This document shows positions 22,986-35,172 of a stretch of 64,000 nt of DNA, in pieces. Both the position numbers and the translations under genes were made by a program. Position 1 is the stretch's first letter; every line of letters begins with the position of its first letter. Below the pieces are notes generated by a model, which was given only the letters and a program-made list of their open reading frames with translations, searched no databases and was not told the DNA's origin. The DNA is from Podarcis bocagei. Its lineage: Eukaryota. The stretch lies in assembly GCA_964188305.1 (NCBI GenBank), contig OZ076893.1; one strand, written 5' to 3'.

Positions 22986-23176
22986 CATTGGCGTAGCGTG
23001 GGGGGTGCAGGGGGGCCCGGCCGCACCGGGCGCAACATCTGGGGGTTAGGGTTAGGGGGCGGAAATCCACGGGTTAGGGGGCACAAATCCATGGGTTAGG
23101 GGGCGCAAATCCACGGGTTAGGGGGCGCAAATTACTTGCCTTGCCCCGGGTGCTGACAACCCACACTACGCCACTG
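22986..23176. mobile_element. hAT-type MITE with telomere-like repeats (copy 2, opposite orientation to 7097-7265)
   Basis: Same TIR family as copy 1; perfect 8-bp TSD CGGGCTGT (22978-22985, 23177-23184). Confidence 0.88.
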
Positions 23177-23299
23177 CGGGCTGTAGAACCACACAGAAAT
23201 GCTCACATTGGGTTTGTGTAGCTTCACAAATGAGAAGCAGCAAATATCAAGCCTGGAAATTGCTCTATTCATCCCAGCCACTTTCCTCTGTAATTCTAC

Positions 23300-23302
<3 letters not shown>

Positions 23303-23345
<43 letters not shown>
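23303..23345. repeat. (TG)n microsatellite
   Basis: Direct reading. Confidence 0.95.
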
Positions 23346-23348
<3 letters not shown>

Positions 23349-23739
23349 AGGTAGCTTGTAAGACCTACGTGCTGATAGCAGCAGTGTACACTACCTGCTT
23401 AAAATGCAGCAAGGTCATTTCTCCACACTGTGATTCAAATTGTATCTTCACATCCTTGTTTGTATCAGTATGTCTGGGTGTGTTTCGATGTCACCCACTG
23501 TCTAGTCACACTAGTGGGCAAGGATAAACATTCCTGAGAGAACAACATTGATATAGCAATTTCACCACCAGGACCATCACCAGAGAATCTAAAAGCCTCA
23601 CATTTTATCTGTGAGAGGAACAATATATTTCAGAAAGAGTAAACTTCATGCTGTCTTTTGGGTTTTAAGAATGAGAACATCCCAGACAAAATGCTATGAA
23701 ACAGCTGATCAGGTTTTTTTGCTTCTGTTTTTTTTAAAG

Positions 23740-23843
23740 GTCTTTTCGATGTGGCCATCAAAAAAGGAAACACATGTGTGTTTAAAAGTCACCCAGTGCC
23801 ACACCTAGCCCTTGGCTTTGCTCATGGTTCAGTTGCTGGAATG
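23740..23843 (+). CDS. RP1: RP1 long-isoform exon J, FGF-like domain 1, middle (GLFDVAIKKGNTCVFKSHPVPHLALGFAHGSVAGM)
   Basis: Poly-T then aaag acceptor, gtatga donor, 104 bp, phase 1 to 0. Confidence 0.85.
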
Positions 23844-25394
23844 GTATGAAGCTGCCCAGGTTTTTCCCATGTGTCTATGAATTTCCAAAAATGTAAACTG
23901 TATCGCAAATATAGTGGTCACCAAAACCAGACGTATGTGATGAATCTCATGAACCTTGCCTCCCCACCCCCATTTGTAATCAGTTTTTTGTTTATAAATA
24001 GCTAAATATCGAAATATTAAGAAGTTTCTTTTCAGGATGAGATTACAGGAGACAAATTGTGCCAGTATATTTCAAGTGACTATTCTCAAACTGTTGAAGC
24101 CTTCAGGATTTGTCCCTGAAAATGTGTGATACGTACTATTTTAGAGTGAATAATAAGAAAGAAGTAAAATAGTTGCTTGTTTTCACTATTTAAAATAGCA
24201 ATGTAGCTTTCTTTTATGCATTCTCACTGAAGCATAGTGGGAAAGCTATATTTGTGACATATTAACAGTTCTTGAGGGCCTTTTGGATTGAAATCATGCA
24301 GAGAAAGTGGAAATAAATAAAAGGTTAATACCTTACATTTTGTGGGTGGGTTTGAATTACCGTACTGGGCTCCATGATTTTTGGTTCAGTCTTTTCTCTT
24401 TGGCATAACCAAAACTACTAATGCTGCTGATATTGAGAATTTACAAAAAACCATACAGATTGCATTCAGTAGATAGGATGAAATATGGCAAGATCAGGAA
24501 CTGATTAATATGCAGTGCAGTCTTCCCAGCCTGATGGGAGTTGTCCAAAAACATCAAGAGAGCACCAAGTTGACAAAAGCCAACACAGTTTAAAGAGAGA
24601 ACCAGAGGGCAGTGGGGTGTGGTTCTAAGAAGCCTTGTACCACAAAGAAGTCTTCTTTGCCTAGAGTGTTTTATTCCAAAGCTGTGCACTGTGCTGCTGT
24701 ATTTTTATACTATTGCATATTAGTACCCGTTATAATTTACTTAATACTATGCTCTTAGCATTCTAGCTAAGAGCACCATCCATAAAACCACAGCGATGCC
24801 TGTAATGCTGGAGGATTATCCCACAAATCATATTTGCTGGTTTGGCCTTAATAATGTCTGTTTTTTTTCTTTATAAATACAATGTAACGGGATTTCACTC
24901 TTATAAGAAGCCACAGATAGTTTCTACTGGAGACAATGATAAGGTGGAAATCTTGAATTTGAACTGAACTGCCAAGAGACTTTGGTTCTAGAGTATGACC
25001 TTCTGATTTGAAGCCTTCTGTGTGACCTTTTGCAGCGTTGTTGTTGAAGGTGCTAAAGTACCCTTTAAGAAATAAGGAGAGGTGAAATTCTCTGGATACT
25101 TTATATCTCCAGATAGCAAAATCTGAGACTTGAAATCCTGCAGCATCCAGCAGCGTCAGAATGCAAGCCTGAAGGCAACAGAAGAAAAATGTCCCCATAG
25201 AAACTAATGTGTTAAGGATTTTATAAATTGTTGAACTAAATAATGAATAATAAATGAATAACTGCAAGGTGATCTTTGGTGCTTATGGCAATCTGCAGTT
25301 GGCCCTGCAGTTTGGGTGCAAAGAAAACCATTACTTTTTATCTGGCTCAGTTTTCAGTCTAATATACTGATTAGTCCCATCTTGCCCTTATTAG

Positions 25395-25568
25395 AACAAT
25401 GGTGACGTCCACTGTGAGCTGCAGGTTCACGTTCAACCAAATCGTTGCACAATTCTGGAATCTGCCCAGAACCCAGGGCAAATGGTGACTTTCAGTCTCC
25501 AAGGCACTGTAGCTGATGATGCCATAAGCTATGCAGGACTGACAAAGGAGTTTGTAGTTCATGTTAAG
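25395..25568 (+). CDS. RP1: RP1 long-isoform exon K, FGF-like domain 1, last part (NNGDVHCELQVHVQPNRCTILESAQNPGQMVTFSLQG...KEFVVHVK)
   Basis: cttattag acceptor, gtaaga donor, 174 bp, phase 0 to 0. Confidence 0.85.
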
Positions 25569-26160
25569 GTAAGATTGGAGGAGAAAGGCAATTGGGTGGT
25601 GTGTGTCATAAGCCAGTGCCTTAACTGGTTTCAACAGTTGAGAGAGATCTCTCCACCCACTAGGTGGAGCTGAAGACTGCAATCGTCAAAATCACTGTGT
25701 GAGGCTAGGGTTTCTTTTTAAATCCCTTTGTTGTTCCTTGTAGCCCTGAATAATTCTGCCATACACAACCAAAAGTCAGGTGAGGTTGTGTGCGAACACA
25801 TATAAAAACAACCAAGTCTGATATGTAGGACTGCTTCACACTTTGTGTGTGATTCCCCCCCCCCCTTCCTACATGGAAATGATATCTTTTTTTTAAGCTG
25901 TCACTTGCAAAGTGGAGCACAAGTTTTATTTCCCTGTGAAAAGATAAACTTCCCACATAGGTTTTTATTTAACTGGAGCAAAATAAATATATGTGCCACA
26001 TTTCACAAGTACCACATTTGTCTTAGAGTGAGAACTAGGAAATACTTAGGCTTGGTTTTAAGCAAGCCACTATCTCTCAGACCCCCTCTCCCAGCATCTA
26101 CTAATCCGGCTGAAGTAAGTGGAAGTGCAATCCTACACATGACATCTCCTCAAAAGTAAG

Positions 26161-26312
26161 TCATAGAATCATAGAATCCTAGAGTTGGAATAGACCACAA
26201 GGGCCATCGAGTCCAACCCCCTGCCAAGCAGGAAACACCATCAGAGCACTCCTGATATATGGTTGTCAAGCCTCTGCTTAAAGACCTCCAAAGAAGGAGA
26301 CTCCATCACACA
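26161..26312 (-). mobile_element. CR1-type LINE 3' end
   Basis: (ATTCTATG)n-type tail read as catagaatcatagaatc, plus the typical CR1 3' UTR. Shorter relatives at about 18912-18978, 28560-28628 and 33645-33750. Confidence 0.7.
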
Positions 26313-26546
26313 CAGTCCCAATGAGTTATTTGACACTTACTTCCAGGTAAGCTGGTATAGGATTGCAGCCTTATTGGCTTGTATCAAATGTGTGGGAGAC
26401 CTGGCACCATAAAAAAGGAAACATTTTGTGTTTTGCTGTGGGTAACAAGGATTGGAGAGTCACTGCACTGGGATGAAGGGTGAAGAAGTAAAGAGCTGTT
26501 TGAAAGGCCATATTATTTACAGTTGGTTCTTTTTGCTGATTTCTAG

Positions 26547-26759
26547 GGAGTGTTCCACAACAGTGCCATAATTTTGCTCACTACTAGCTACTGCCAGTCT
26601 CTCTGCCTGAGGCCTGATGGGAGCTGCAGTGGAGCAGGAAATCAATCTGATGACTCTTACTGGAGAGTACATAAAATCAGCTCTGGGGTTTGCATGTTTG
26701 AAAGTGTAAAAAACCCAAGAATGTATCTGAGGATCAAGGATGGGCAGTGTAATGGAACG
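26547..26759 (+). CDS. RP1: RP1 long-isoform exon L, FGF-like domain 2, first part (GVFHNSAIILLTTSYCQSLCLRPDGSCSGAG...GVCMFESVKNPRMYLRIKDGQCNGT)
   Basis: atttctag acceptor, gtaagg donor, 213 bp, phase 0 to 0. Confidence 0.87.
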
Positions 26760-27224
26760 GTAAGGAGCTCTTTTTCATGCTTTCTCTGTGGATGTGGACA
26801 TAACTTGCCACAAGAAGAAGCAATTTTAAGTGTGCTAACATAGAAGAATCTGGCTAAGACTTGACAGTACTATGATTTTTGTTTCCCAGAAATATGGTAA
26901 AGATTATATGAGACAGGTGTCATAATATGAAAGAACCACTGAGTAGGGTGGGATTCCTGGGAGGAACGAGGCAGGGGTGGAGCAAGGTGGGGACAGTGGG
27001 GGCCTATTGCCCGGGGTGTCATCTCAGAAGGGGGTGACATTCAGTCTGTTGCCCGCCCATGACTCCCGCCTACTCCGATCCGTCTGGAGAAGAGTGGGAG
27101 CTGTGGCAATCCCCCCTTCCACCTTCCTTTTTACAGCCCTGCACTCCTGGTCTGGTGGAGGAGGCATGTATATGGCATGCAGGGAGAGGACACGAAGGGG
27201 GGGGGGCTCACTGTCCCTCAGACC

Positions 27225-27430
27225 TTGTGGGGGGCTGGACTATATTTTGAAAAAAAATAATGAACGAATTTCTATGCCCCACAAATAACCCAGAGATGCA
27301 TTTTAAATAAAAGGACACATTCTACTCATCTAAAAACACACTGATCCCTGGACCGTCTGCAGGCCGGATTGAGAAGGCGATTGGGCCGCATCTGGCCCAC
27401 GGGCCTTAGGAGGCCCACGGGCCTGCCCCT
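27225..27430. mobile_element. hAT-like MITE remnant
   Basis: ggccggattgagaaggcgattgggccgcatctggcccacgggcc...cccctg is a typical hAT subterminal/terminal sequence. Confidence 0.45.
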
Positions 27431-27439
27431 GCCCTATAT

Positions 27440-27762
27440 GAACCAACCCAGGCCTTCAAAGATCATTGGAGGTCCTTTTTCAGGTGCCTGCTTCTGAGGT
27501 GTGGCAACACGAAAGCAGGCCTTTTCTGTGGTGGCTCCCTGCTTGTGGTATGCTCTCTCCAGGGAGGCTTGCCTGGCACCTTCACTACATATATTTAGGT
27601 GCTGGGCAAAAACATTCCTCTTCTCCCAGGCCTTTGGCTAATTAAATAATCTATGGCCTTTTGAACTGTTATTATGTTATGTATTTTTGTGTTTTAATAT
27701 TGTAAACTGCCCTGTTATCCCCAGATGAAGGGCAGGGTAGAAATGTAATAAATAATAATAAA
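27440..27762 (+). mobile_element. L2-type LINE 3' UTR fragment
   Basis: Reverse-complement match to 4970-5230 and 15700-16010; ends in an (AAT)n tail. Confidence 0.75.
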
Positions 27763-28726
27763 AACAGGAAAGCTTAAAACTTTTTTTTTACAAAACAAGG
27801 CCTGTTTTTATTCTGTAAGGGGTTATACAACAACCTTTGTAACAACCACAGTTATGTAAAATGTTTCAGATAGTCATGCTAATAGTTCCTGTAGATAGAG
27901 TGTGCCTACCTTAAGAGTCTCTCTCCTCCCCATGGATCAAATTGATTAACTGCGGGTTTCTTGATAATAATAATGTTAAATCTGGTTTTAAGGTCAGTGC
28001 AAATTGCTGATTAAAACTGGATGGCTGCCTATAATATGCCTGAAGTATTGCATCTAATAAGTATCAGTAGATCTTTAGTAATGTGAATGTCAATGAATAT
28101 ACTGAAATGGCCATTATAATGTTGTGTCAAACAGTACTATTAATAAGATGGCTGAGCTCTCAGGCTCTTAATAATGGCTTCTTCAGAATAGAGATAGACT
28201 ATTAGAGGGATAAATAGTAATATTACTTTAAGTATTATCCTGGGAAGCCAGTAGGAGACCTGTTATTTTGGAAGCTGTGTCAGATTCTACAGGAAATGTT
28301 ATGTTTAGAAATCCACTCCATGTTTTAAAGTCGTTCAGTATACCAAATTTGGAGCAGTTCTTTCTTTGGCGTTACTTAGGGTTTTGCTCTTTGTAGGTTG
28401 AACAGGGTCAAGCCGCCATGAGAGATTTTGGTAGGCTGCATTCTTTGTTTGGTTTGCACAGATTTATTTAATTAATCAGATTTATTCTGTCTTTAACATC
28501 TTTTCTGCATCTTTTGACCACTGAACTGCATGTTGAACTGTATATGAATGCTTTAGCTGAGATTCCTTCATTGCAGGGGGTTGGACTAGATGACCCTAGG
28601 GGACCCTTCTAATTCTATGATTCTATGAACTCCCTTGCCTTAATGAGAAATTTACCAGAAAAATAATCTTTGTATTGATGTGTGGACATTCAGCTGATTT
28701 CTTGTTATTATGCTGCTTTCTTACAG

Positions 28727-28904
28727 GGCACAGGAGATGTGGACTGTCATTTTAAAGTGGAAAAGAATTTAGAAAGTGGGTCTGTAAGCCTAGAATCTGC
28801 ACGAAACAGAGGGATATATGTAGGTCTCCTGCCTAATGGTCAGACCAAACCAGTTGTTCACACTGGAGAAAGCAACATTTGGTTTTACCCGCAAGTTGTC
28901 AAAT
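28727..28904 (+). CDS. RP1: RP1 long-isoform exon M, FGF-like domain 2, last part (GTGDVDCHFKVEKNLESGSVSLESARNRGIYVGLLPNGQTKP...WFYPQVVK)
   Basis: tttcttacag acceptor, gtatgt donor, 178 bp, phase 0 to 1. Confidence 0.87.
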
Positions 28905-29756
28905 GTATGTCACATTCTAAATGGTGGTCTTTTACATTAAAAATATTGTTTGGAGTCTTTTTAGAAAGCTAAAGACATTGATTGAAACTAAAGATGAAAA
29001 CTGTATTTGAGGCACTAATGCAGGGCTTGTTTATGAAGCATTTGCTCTATCGTACTGCAATAATCAAACATTAATACTAGTTTAATTAATGCAACTCAGT
29101 GTTATTGTGTTGATCAGGCAGCCCAGGTGATTTGCAGGAGCAGCCCAGGTAAGAGACGGTGCCATTTCATGTATCCCATTGCAGTTTCTCAGTATGCAGT
29201 CTACAAAATATACCATCCTAGAACCAGGCTCAGTCAAGAATTGCATTTAGATGGACACTTTTAGTTGAACATAACTGTTCAGAGCCAAACTAGTTTGGTG
29301 ATGCAGTCCTTCAGAATTCCACCAGAGGGCTGGAACCTCTCTCTGATTGGCTACCAAGCCAGCTAACCAAATAGGAGGTGCAGAGCAGCACTTTGGGAGG
29401 AACAGTTTCTGAGGGAGTTTTTAGACAGGGCTTTATTTGAGATGGGAGACAGGGATTAGGACAGGGTTTGTCTGAGGGAGTTTGGTTCAGAATTGAGTTT
29501 AACATCTCTGAGGAGAATATCTGTAGCTAGAGGAAGGAGCCTCATAGCTTAGATAGTAAGACTGTAGTGAGTGTCTTGGGGGAGTATACAGACAGGAGTT
29601 AACTGGAGGGCTGAGTCTGAGCCAGGGGAGATAGCAGGTGTGCAGATACAGTCTACCTGGGTCTCATCTCAGTCAGGAGGGGAGAGATCTTCTAGAAAGA
29701 GAAGACTCCCAGACCAGTTAAAAAGAGTGTGGTGATCCCCATGGTATATTATACTA

Positions 29757-29982
29757 CAGTGGTACTTCTGGTTACGTACTTAATTAGTTCCAGAGGTCCG
29801 TTCTTAACCTGAAACTGTTCTTAACCTGAAGCACCACTTTAGCTAATTGGGCCTCCCGCTGCTGCTGCACTGCTGGAGCACGATTTCTGTTCTCATCCTG
29901 AAGCAAAGTTCTTAACCTGAGGTACTATTTCTGGGTTAGCGGAGTCTGTAACCTGAAGCGTATGTAACCTGAGGTACCACTG
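29757..29982. mobile_element. Shorter deletion derivative of the Tigger-like MITE
   Basis: CAGTGGTAC...GTACCACTG termini with TA flanks; interior matches 11860-12086. Confidence 0.85.
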
Positions 29983-31522
29983 TATTTGAAAATACCTCAG
30001 GCGAGCTAAGTTTTCACTCACACAAGAACCCAAAAAGATGACTGGTGGCAATTTAGAAATTAAATTAATTGGCGCACCATACAATAAGTTCACTACACGT
30101 TTAACTGAGGGCAGTCAGTGGTGGTAGATCCATTACAGTTACTTTCCACTTAAGCATCATTAAGAGGCAATGCAGCACTGCAGCACTTTCTTAGGTGGAC
30201 TAAGTAAGCAAGATTTAATGTGTGTGCACACACATCTGTCTATCTATATGCACATACTTTTATCTTACAGTATTACTACCTGGCCAGAGCCCTTAGGGAA
30301 AGGATATATTTTTTATCATTCTGAAGAAATAATAAATGAATGCATGATCTTGCATCCAGACTTTGCTCCTGCAAAGTAACTTTGCTGATTTTCTTCTCCC
30401 CAACAACACCTGCTGCACAGTACTAGAGGGTTGGGAAGAAGTCACTCTGGGACTGCAGGATGTGAGGGGAATAGGCAAACATCAGCTTCCCCCTTTTGCT
30501 GGATCAAAGGCTTTCCATGGATGGAAACAGCCTTTCTATCTGTGAAAGGCAAAGTCTGGATTCATCCTGTGAAATGGTCTCATTTAGGATCATATTTAGG
30601 CCAATCCATTAATCTCCTTGCATTTGTAACTATTCCTATCATGTTTTTTGACTTCCTGGGGGGTATTGAGTTGGGGAAAATTAATTCAGTTACTCAGTTT
30701 GTATTTCTTGTCACAACTTGGCAGGTAGATGAGTGCTGGAAAGCACCTATTAGAGACTGGTGTGAGGGGTTACAGTATATGAGAGCAGGTAGAGAAGCTG
30801 CCTTGTTGTTCAGAGATGGGAGAGGGTTTGTTAGCTGGGCTGCAGAACCTGTCAGTGGCTGTGGGGCTGGACTCCCCTCCTTGACTGAAAAAACTGAGCT
30901 GGACCATGGAGTCACTCAGTGGTACAGCCAGGCTTGGCCCCAGGGGAACTGGAGTGGTTAGACCTCTTCTCCATCATGACCAGATTTGATTATTGCAATA
31001 TTTGTAAGTTTAAATTTTTCAATGGATTTTAAAAGTTGCAGCTTATTTCAAAGAAGATGTTGCCAATTTGAAATCTATAACTCTACATCTGATTCTTCTT
31101 TGCTGCTGCAGTATGTATAGGAGCAGAGCTTGGTGGACTGTGCACACATTTAATTTTGGCTGAAGAAGGCTTATGGCAGTGTTTTCTTCTTAAAGAGAAG
31201 GAAACAGAATTATGTGGTAGTGGAATATACCTCAGGGACAAGCCACTTGAAGCATACATAGCTGATAACACATGACTTGGATTTCCAAAGCAGTAATAGG
31301 AATTTATTACCATCTCATTTTGTGTAGGGAGATATTAAGGAGTGAGCTTCTAGGAGACCAAACTCAAATATGTATATCTTCCACAATGCATAAAGATAAA
31401 ACATGCATTAATAATATGATATATTGAAAAACTGCAAGACCTATTGCCTTCTTGATTTTTTGGGACATTTCTAGAGAAATAAAATATGATGACCTTTAAT
31501 CTTCCTTTGAATTAAATTTCAG

Positions 31523-31654
31523 TTGGAAGAGAGAAGCCTATGGGAACATCTGCAACGCCTGCTCAGCAGAAAGAAGTGATCAGAGAATCCAAACACCAAC
31601 AAGCAGGAACTCAAAATTTAGTGTCCTACAGATGTCCAGATTCTCCTCCCTCAA
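31523..31654 (+). CDS. RP1: RP1 long-isoform exon N, linker (FGREKPMGTSATPAQQKEVIRESK...DSPPS)
   Basis: aatttcag acceptor, gtaagc donor, 132 bp, phase 1 to 1, open frame. Confidence 0.75.
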
Positions 31655-31834
31655 GTAAGCGACCATGTAAAACAATAGCCTTATAGTGCAGCATTAATGT
31701 TGTCTTGATTCAGTTTGGCACCTAATTGATGAGACTTGATTTTTCTTACCACTTAAGCTCTACAATGAGTTGCAGATGGTGACCTTATGCTGTCATAGAG
31801 CTTATGTCATCTGATATCCCTCCAAGTTATGGCT

Positions 31835-32270
31835 AGAGATGGGCAATTTTTTTTGCTTTCTTTCACTTTCTCATTTTCCCAATCTTAAGTTCAATTATCC
31901 ATGTTTCCACATCAGTTTACAATTTTTTAAAATAAAAGTTCTTATGAAAATTCATCACAACTTTTGTGCAGGTTTCTCCTACTACACACATTTTTCAATG
32001 CATGTTCCCCTAATATTCATCATTATGCAAAGCAATTTTTCCTAATACAACGTATTTTTCTTTTTTGTAAACAAATATATGCATTTATGTGCACATCCAA
32101 CCCTAGTAGATGCATTTTTGTACACTCAGTGAAAAACTGCATTGCAAAATCTGGATAAGTGTGAATTTCCATAGACAATTGTGTTTCAGTTTATGTATTC
32201 TTTTGGAAAGTGCAAATTAAGTAAGAGTGTCTTCAAATGTTGACTGAACTGAATTTTTCCACCATTCCTA
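31835..32270. mobile_element. Old AT-rich interspersed element (probable DNA-transposon remnant)
   Basis: Similar to 12100-12390; termini tagagatgg...ccattccta are imperfect inverted repeats. Confidence 0.45.
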
Positions 32271-34819
32271 GTTATGAACTGTCTGTCATATGGTGCTAGG
32301 CATTTGAAGCTAAGCTACTAGGAGATTGAGCAGAGCTTTGTTTTAGATAATTAATTCAGTCCACAATTCTTTGTTGTGTATTAAACATTTTTTGTACTCT
32401 TCTTGCACACAGGAAATTGTTATAGCTGCTTTTTTATCTTGAATCAGGATTGGGAATGTCTCTTGCATACAAAGTACATTCTCTACCTCTGTTGTTGCTA
32501 TTCTCCTAACATGTGTTCATCCAAACTGATTGGGGGAGGAGAGAAAAAAATGGGGGAAAAAATGTTCTTATGATTGAACCCTGGGTAAAGTACAAGGTCT
32601 TTTCAAAATCTAAAGTAGCACGATTGTTCTCTTTGTGTGGATTGTGCTGGCTTCTATGTTATGCCTTTAGCCTTTAAGTTAACACAATCCTGATTTGTTA
32701 CTGTAGAATTCACTCTAAATGTCAATACCTTTACTCAAACGACCAATGTTTATAATGTTAGGAGTTACTTTTGAGCTACCCTTCTTCAAATGCAAGTGCT
32801 TAAGGCAAAAATTAAAAAAGAGATAAGTCCGATATAGAACCTGCATACAGCTGGACTGTGTGAACCTGATAAAGTTTAATGTTCTTTCAAACAAAGGAGC
32901 ATAAATTATATTATAAAGCATCTAGCCCCAAGAAACAAGGCAATGAAAAAATCAGCAAGAACTAGCTCACAATTTCAGCTAGGAAATATAAAGCAACTAG
33001 ATTGCAAGGTTTCTATGGGAATAAGTTTCTGTTTATTTATTTTGATCTAGATGCATTATAGCCAGAGACAAAAGGAAAAAAGATTTTATGAAGCAGCCTG
33101 AGTTACCCATCTATTTAGCCTTTAGAATATTTTTTTTTTGTCATGGTGGATTTGCATCTTGATCCCCTGAAGTGTGACTAATCCAGGGTAACAATCAAAT
33201 CCAGTTTTCAGAGTAGAACATTTTTAGCCTGTAGGAAACAAATGTCATTGGTTTACATGTCTCCAAAGAACTATTTATAACACAGAACTTGCAGAGCGTT
33301 ATTTGCGTATGGATTTTCTAAGGAAAGTTCATCATCATGGCAGGACCCAGGCATTATCTACAGTTTGGTCACAAAACATTACCCATTGCCTCAATACTTC
33401 AAATAGCATAATCTTATTTTCCTTCCTCTTTCTCCAGCCTCTTCAGGTTTCTGGTCTAAATACACACATTCTCAATTGTAATCAGATTCAAGCTAGTATG
33501 GCTGACTCATCACTAATGGTGTAGGCCAGCTTTCATCAACCTTGTGCCCTCCAGGTTTTTTGACTGCAACTCCCATCAGCCCCAATCAGCTGGTGGGAAT
33601 GTGGTCCAAAACATCTGAGAAACAGCAAGTTGGCAAAAGCCTTAGAGAATCATAGAACTGTAAAGTTGGAAGGGACTCCAAGGGTCATCTTGCCCTACTC
33701 CCTGCAATGCAGGGATCTCAACTAGGGCTTACATGACAAATGGCCATTAAACCAGCTACAAATCCACCTCTCATTGGAAATGGGAGGACCACCTGGAGGG
33801 GAATTCAGTTGAGTGGTGGCCCACTCCATTTCCCAGTGGCAGGGATGGCAGGAGGAGGCAGCAGAACACAGCTCTTTTCCATTCATATAAGGCTGAGAAA
33901 ATCAGAGCCAGCAGCCATCTCTAGGCATCCTTCCCATTTCTTGATGATAGTTTCTCTACAATTGTCATAGGGAAGTCTGGGGTGATCTTAAATGGGAGTT
34001 CAGAGGATGTCAGGACAATGCCCAGTTAACTGGGTCCTATATTTTAATTGAGCTCCATAATTTTAAATGATTGCATTTGATTAATCAGTTAATGTTGCAG
34101 CCCTTTGCTTAATAGTTTTCTCTTCTGCTGCTTCTGCTTTTGTTTTGTAAAAAACAGATTGGAAGTTCTAATAATAGTGATGAGGTTATTTATGTGTTTC
34201 AAACTGAACAATGTATTAATTTTTGTTCCGGGACTCAAAATGTATACTTGAAAGATTGCTTCTTCTTTTTTTTTTAGCAGTCAGTTTTGAGCACAGAACT
34301 AGGGCTTCCACACCGTAAATGTTAAATGGTACTTATACTTTCCCACCTTTTTGTGGAAGTAGGAAAGTGTTTGTTCTAACAGTGGATATGCTATCACACA
34401 TGAGGTGGAATCACACTTTGAGAGCTTCTGCTATCCATTCCCCGCAACCACTTTGCAATAGCACATTTCACAAGATTGCTGTCAGCTTCATTTGCTACTC
34501 CTGACACCAACGGATTCTGAATCATAAACTTCACACACACCCTCATTCTTCGAGAAATAAATGATTCAAATAATCCATAATTAGCTTGCACAGGTTTTAA
34601 AACAAAGAGCTGCTGTTTCAGTTTTACTGTCTTTCTCCCATGTTCAGTTTTCTGTAACCCATGTTTCAGATTTCAGGTTTCTCAATGCTCATCAGTCAGG
34701 TGGTTGCACACTTGACTCGAGCTCAACTGCTTCTTATCTTATGCCCTTGGGTACTTTTAGGTGTCCGTTCACTATGTTTACAGCAGGCTCCTTTTATGCT
34801 ATGTTCTTATTCTATGAGA

Positions 34820-35170
34820 TCATAAGACTAATCTGTTGAATCAGGCCAAGGGCCCATCCATTCCAGCATCCGGTTCTCACAGTGGAGAACCAGATGCCTG
34901 TGGGAAGCTTGCAAGCTGGACATGGGCACAGGGGCAGGCACTCTCTCCACCTGCGCTCCTCAGCAATTGATATCCAGAGGCCTACTGCCTGTGACAGTGG
35001 AGGTAGAATATAGGAATCCTGACTGGTAGTTGTTGATAACCTTGTCCTCCATGGAGTTGTCTCATCCTCTTCTAAATCCACCCATGTTAGAGTCTGTTAC
35101 TGTCTTCTGTGGGAGCAAGTTCCACAGTTTAACTATGAGCTGGGTGAAGATTTTATCTGTACTGAATCCA
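34820..35170 (-). mobile_element. CR1-related 3' end or CR1-tailed squamate SINE
   Basis: cataag...atcaggccaagggcccatc...ccagcatcc..ttctcacagtgg..aaccagatgcctgtgggaag; + strand relatives at about 8500-8627 and 55215-55376 end in cttatgttcttatg-like tails. Confidence 0.6.
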
Positions 35171-35172
35171 GA

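Noticed and set aside
23040-23126. Telomere or chromosome-fusion relic
   Set aside because: The TTAGGG motifs are few and enclosed by MITE TIRs and a TSD, so they arrived by transposition.
22654-28904. A standalone secreted FGF gene
   Set aside because: There is no start codon, signal peptide or stop; the exons are phase-linked to PLAT exons on both sides.
30431-30961. 176-aa + strand ORF in the M-N intron
   Set aside because: It starts at TTG, has no recognisable motif, and M and N already splice in frame without it.
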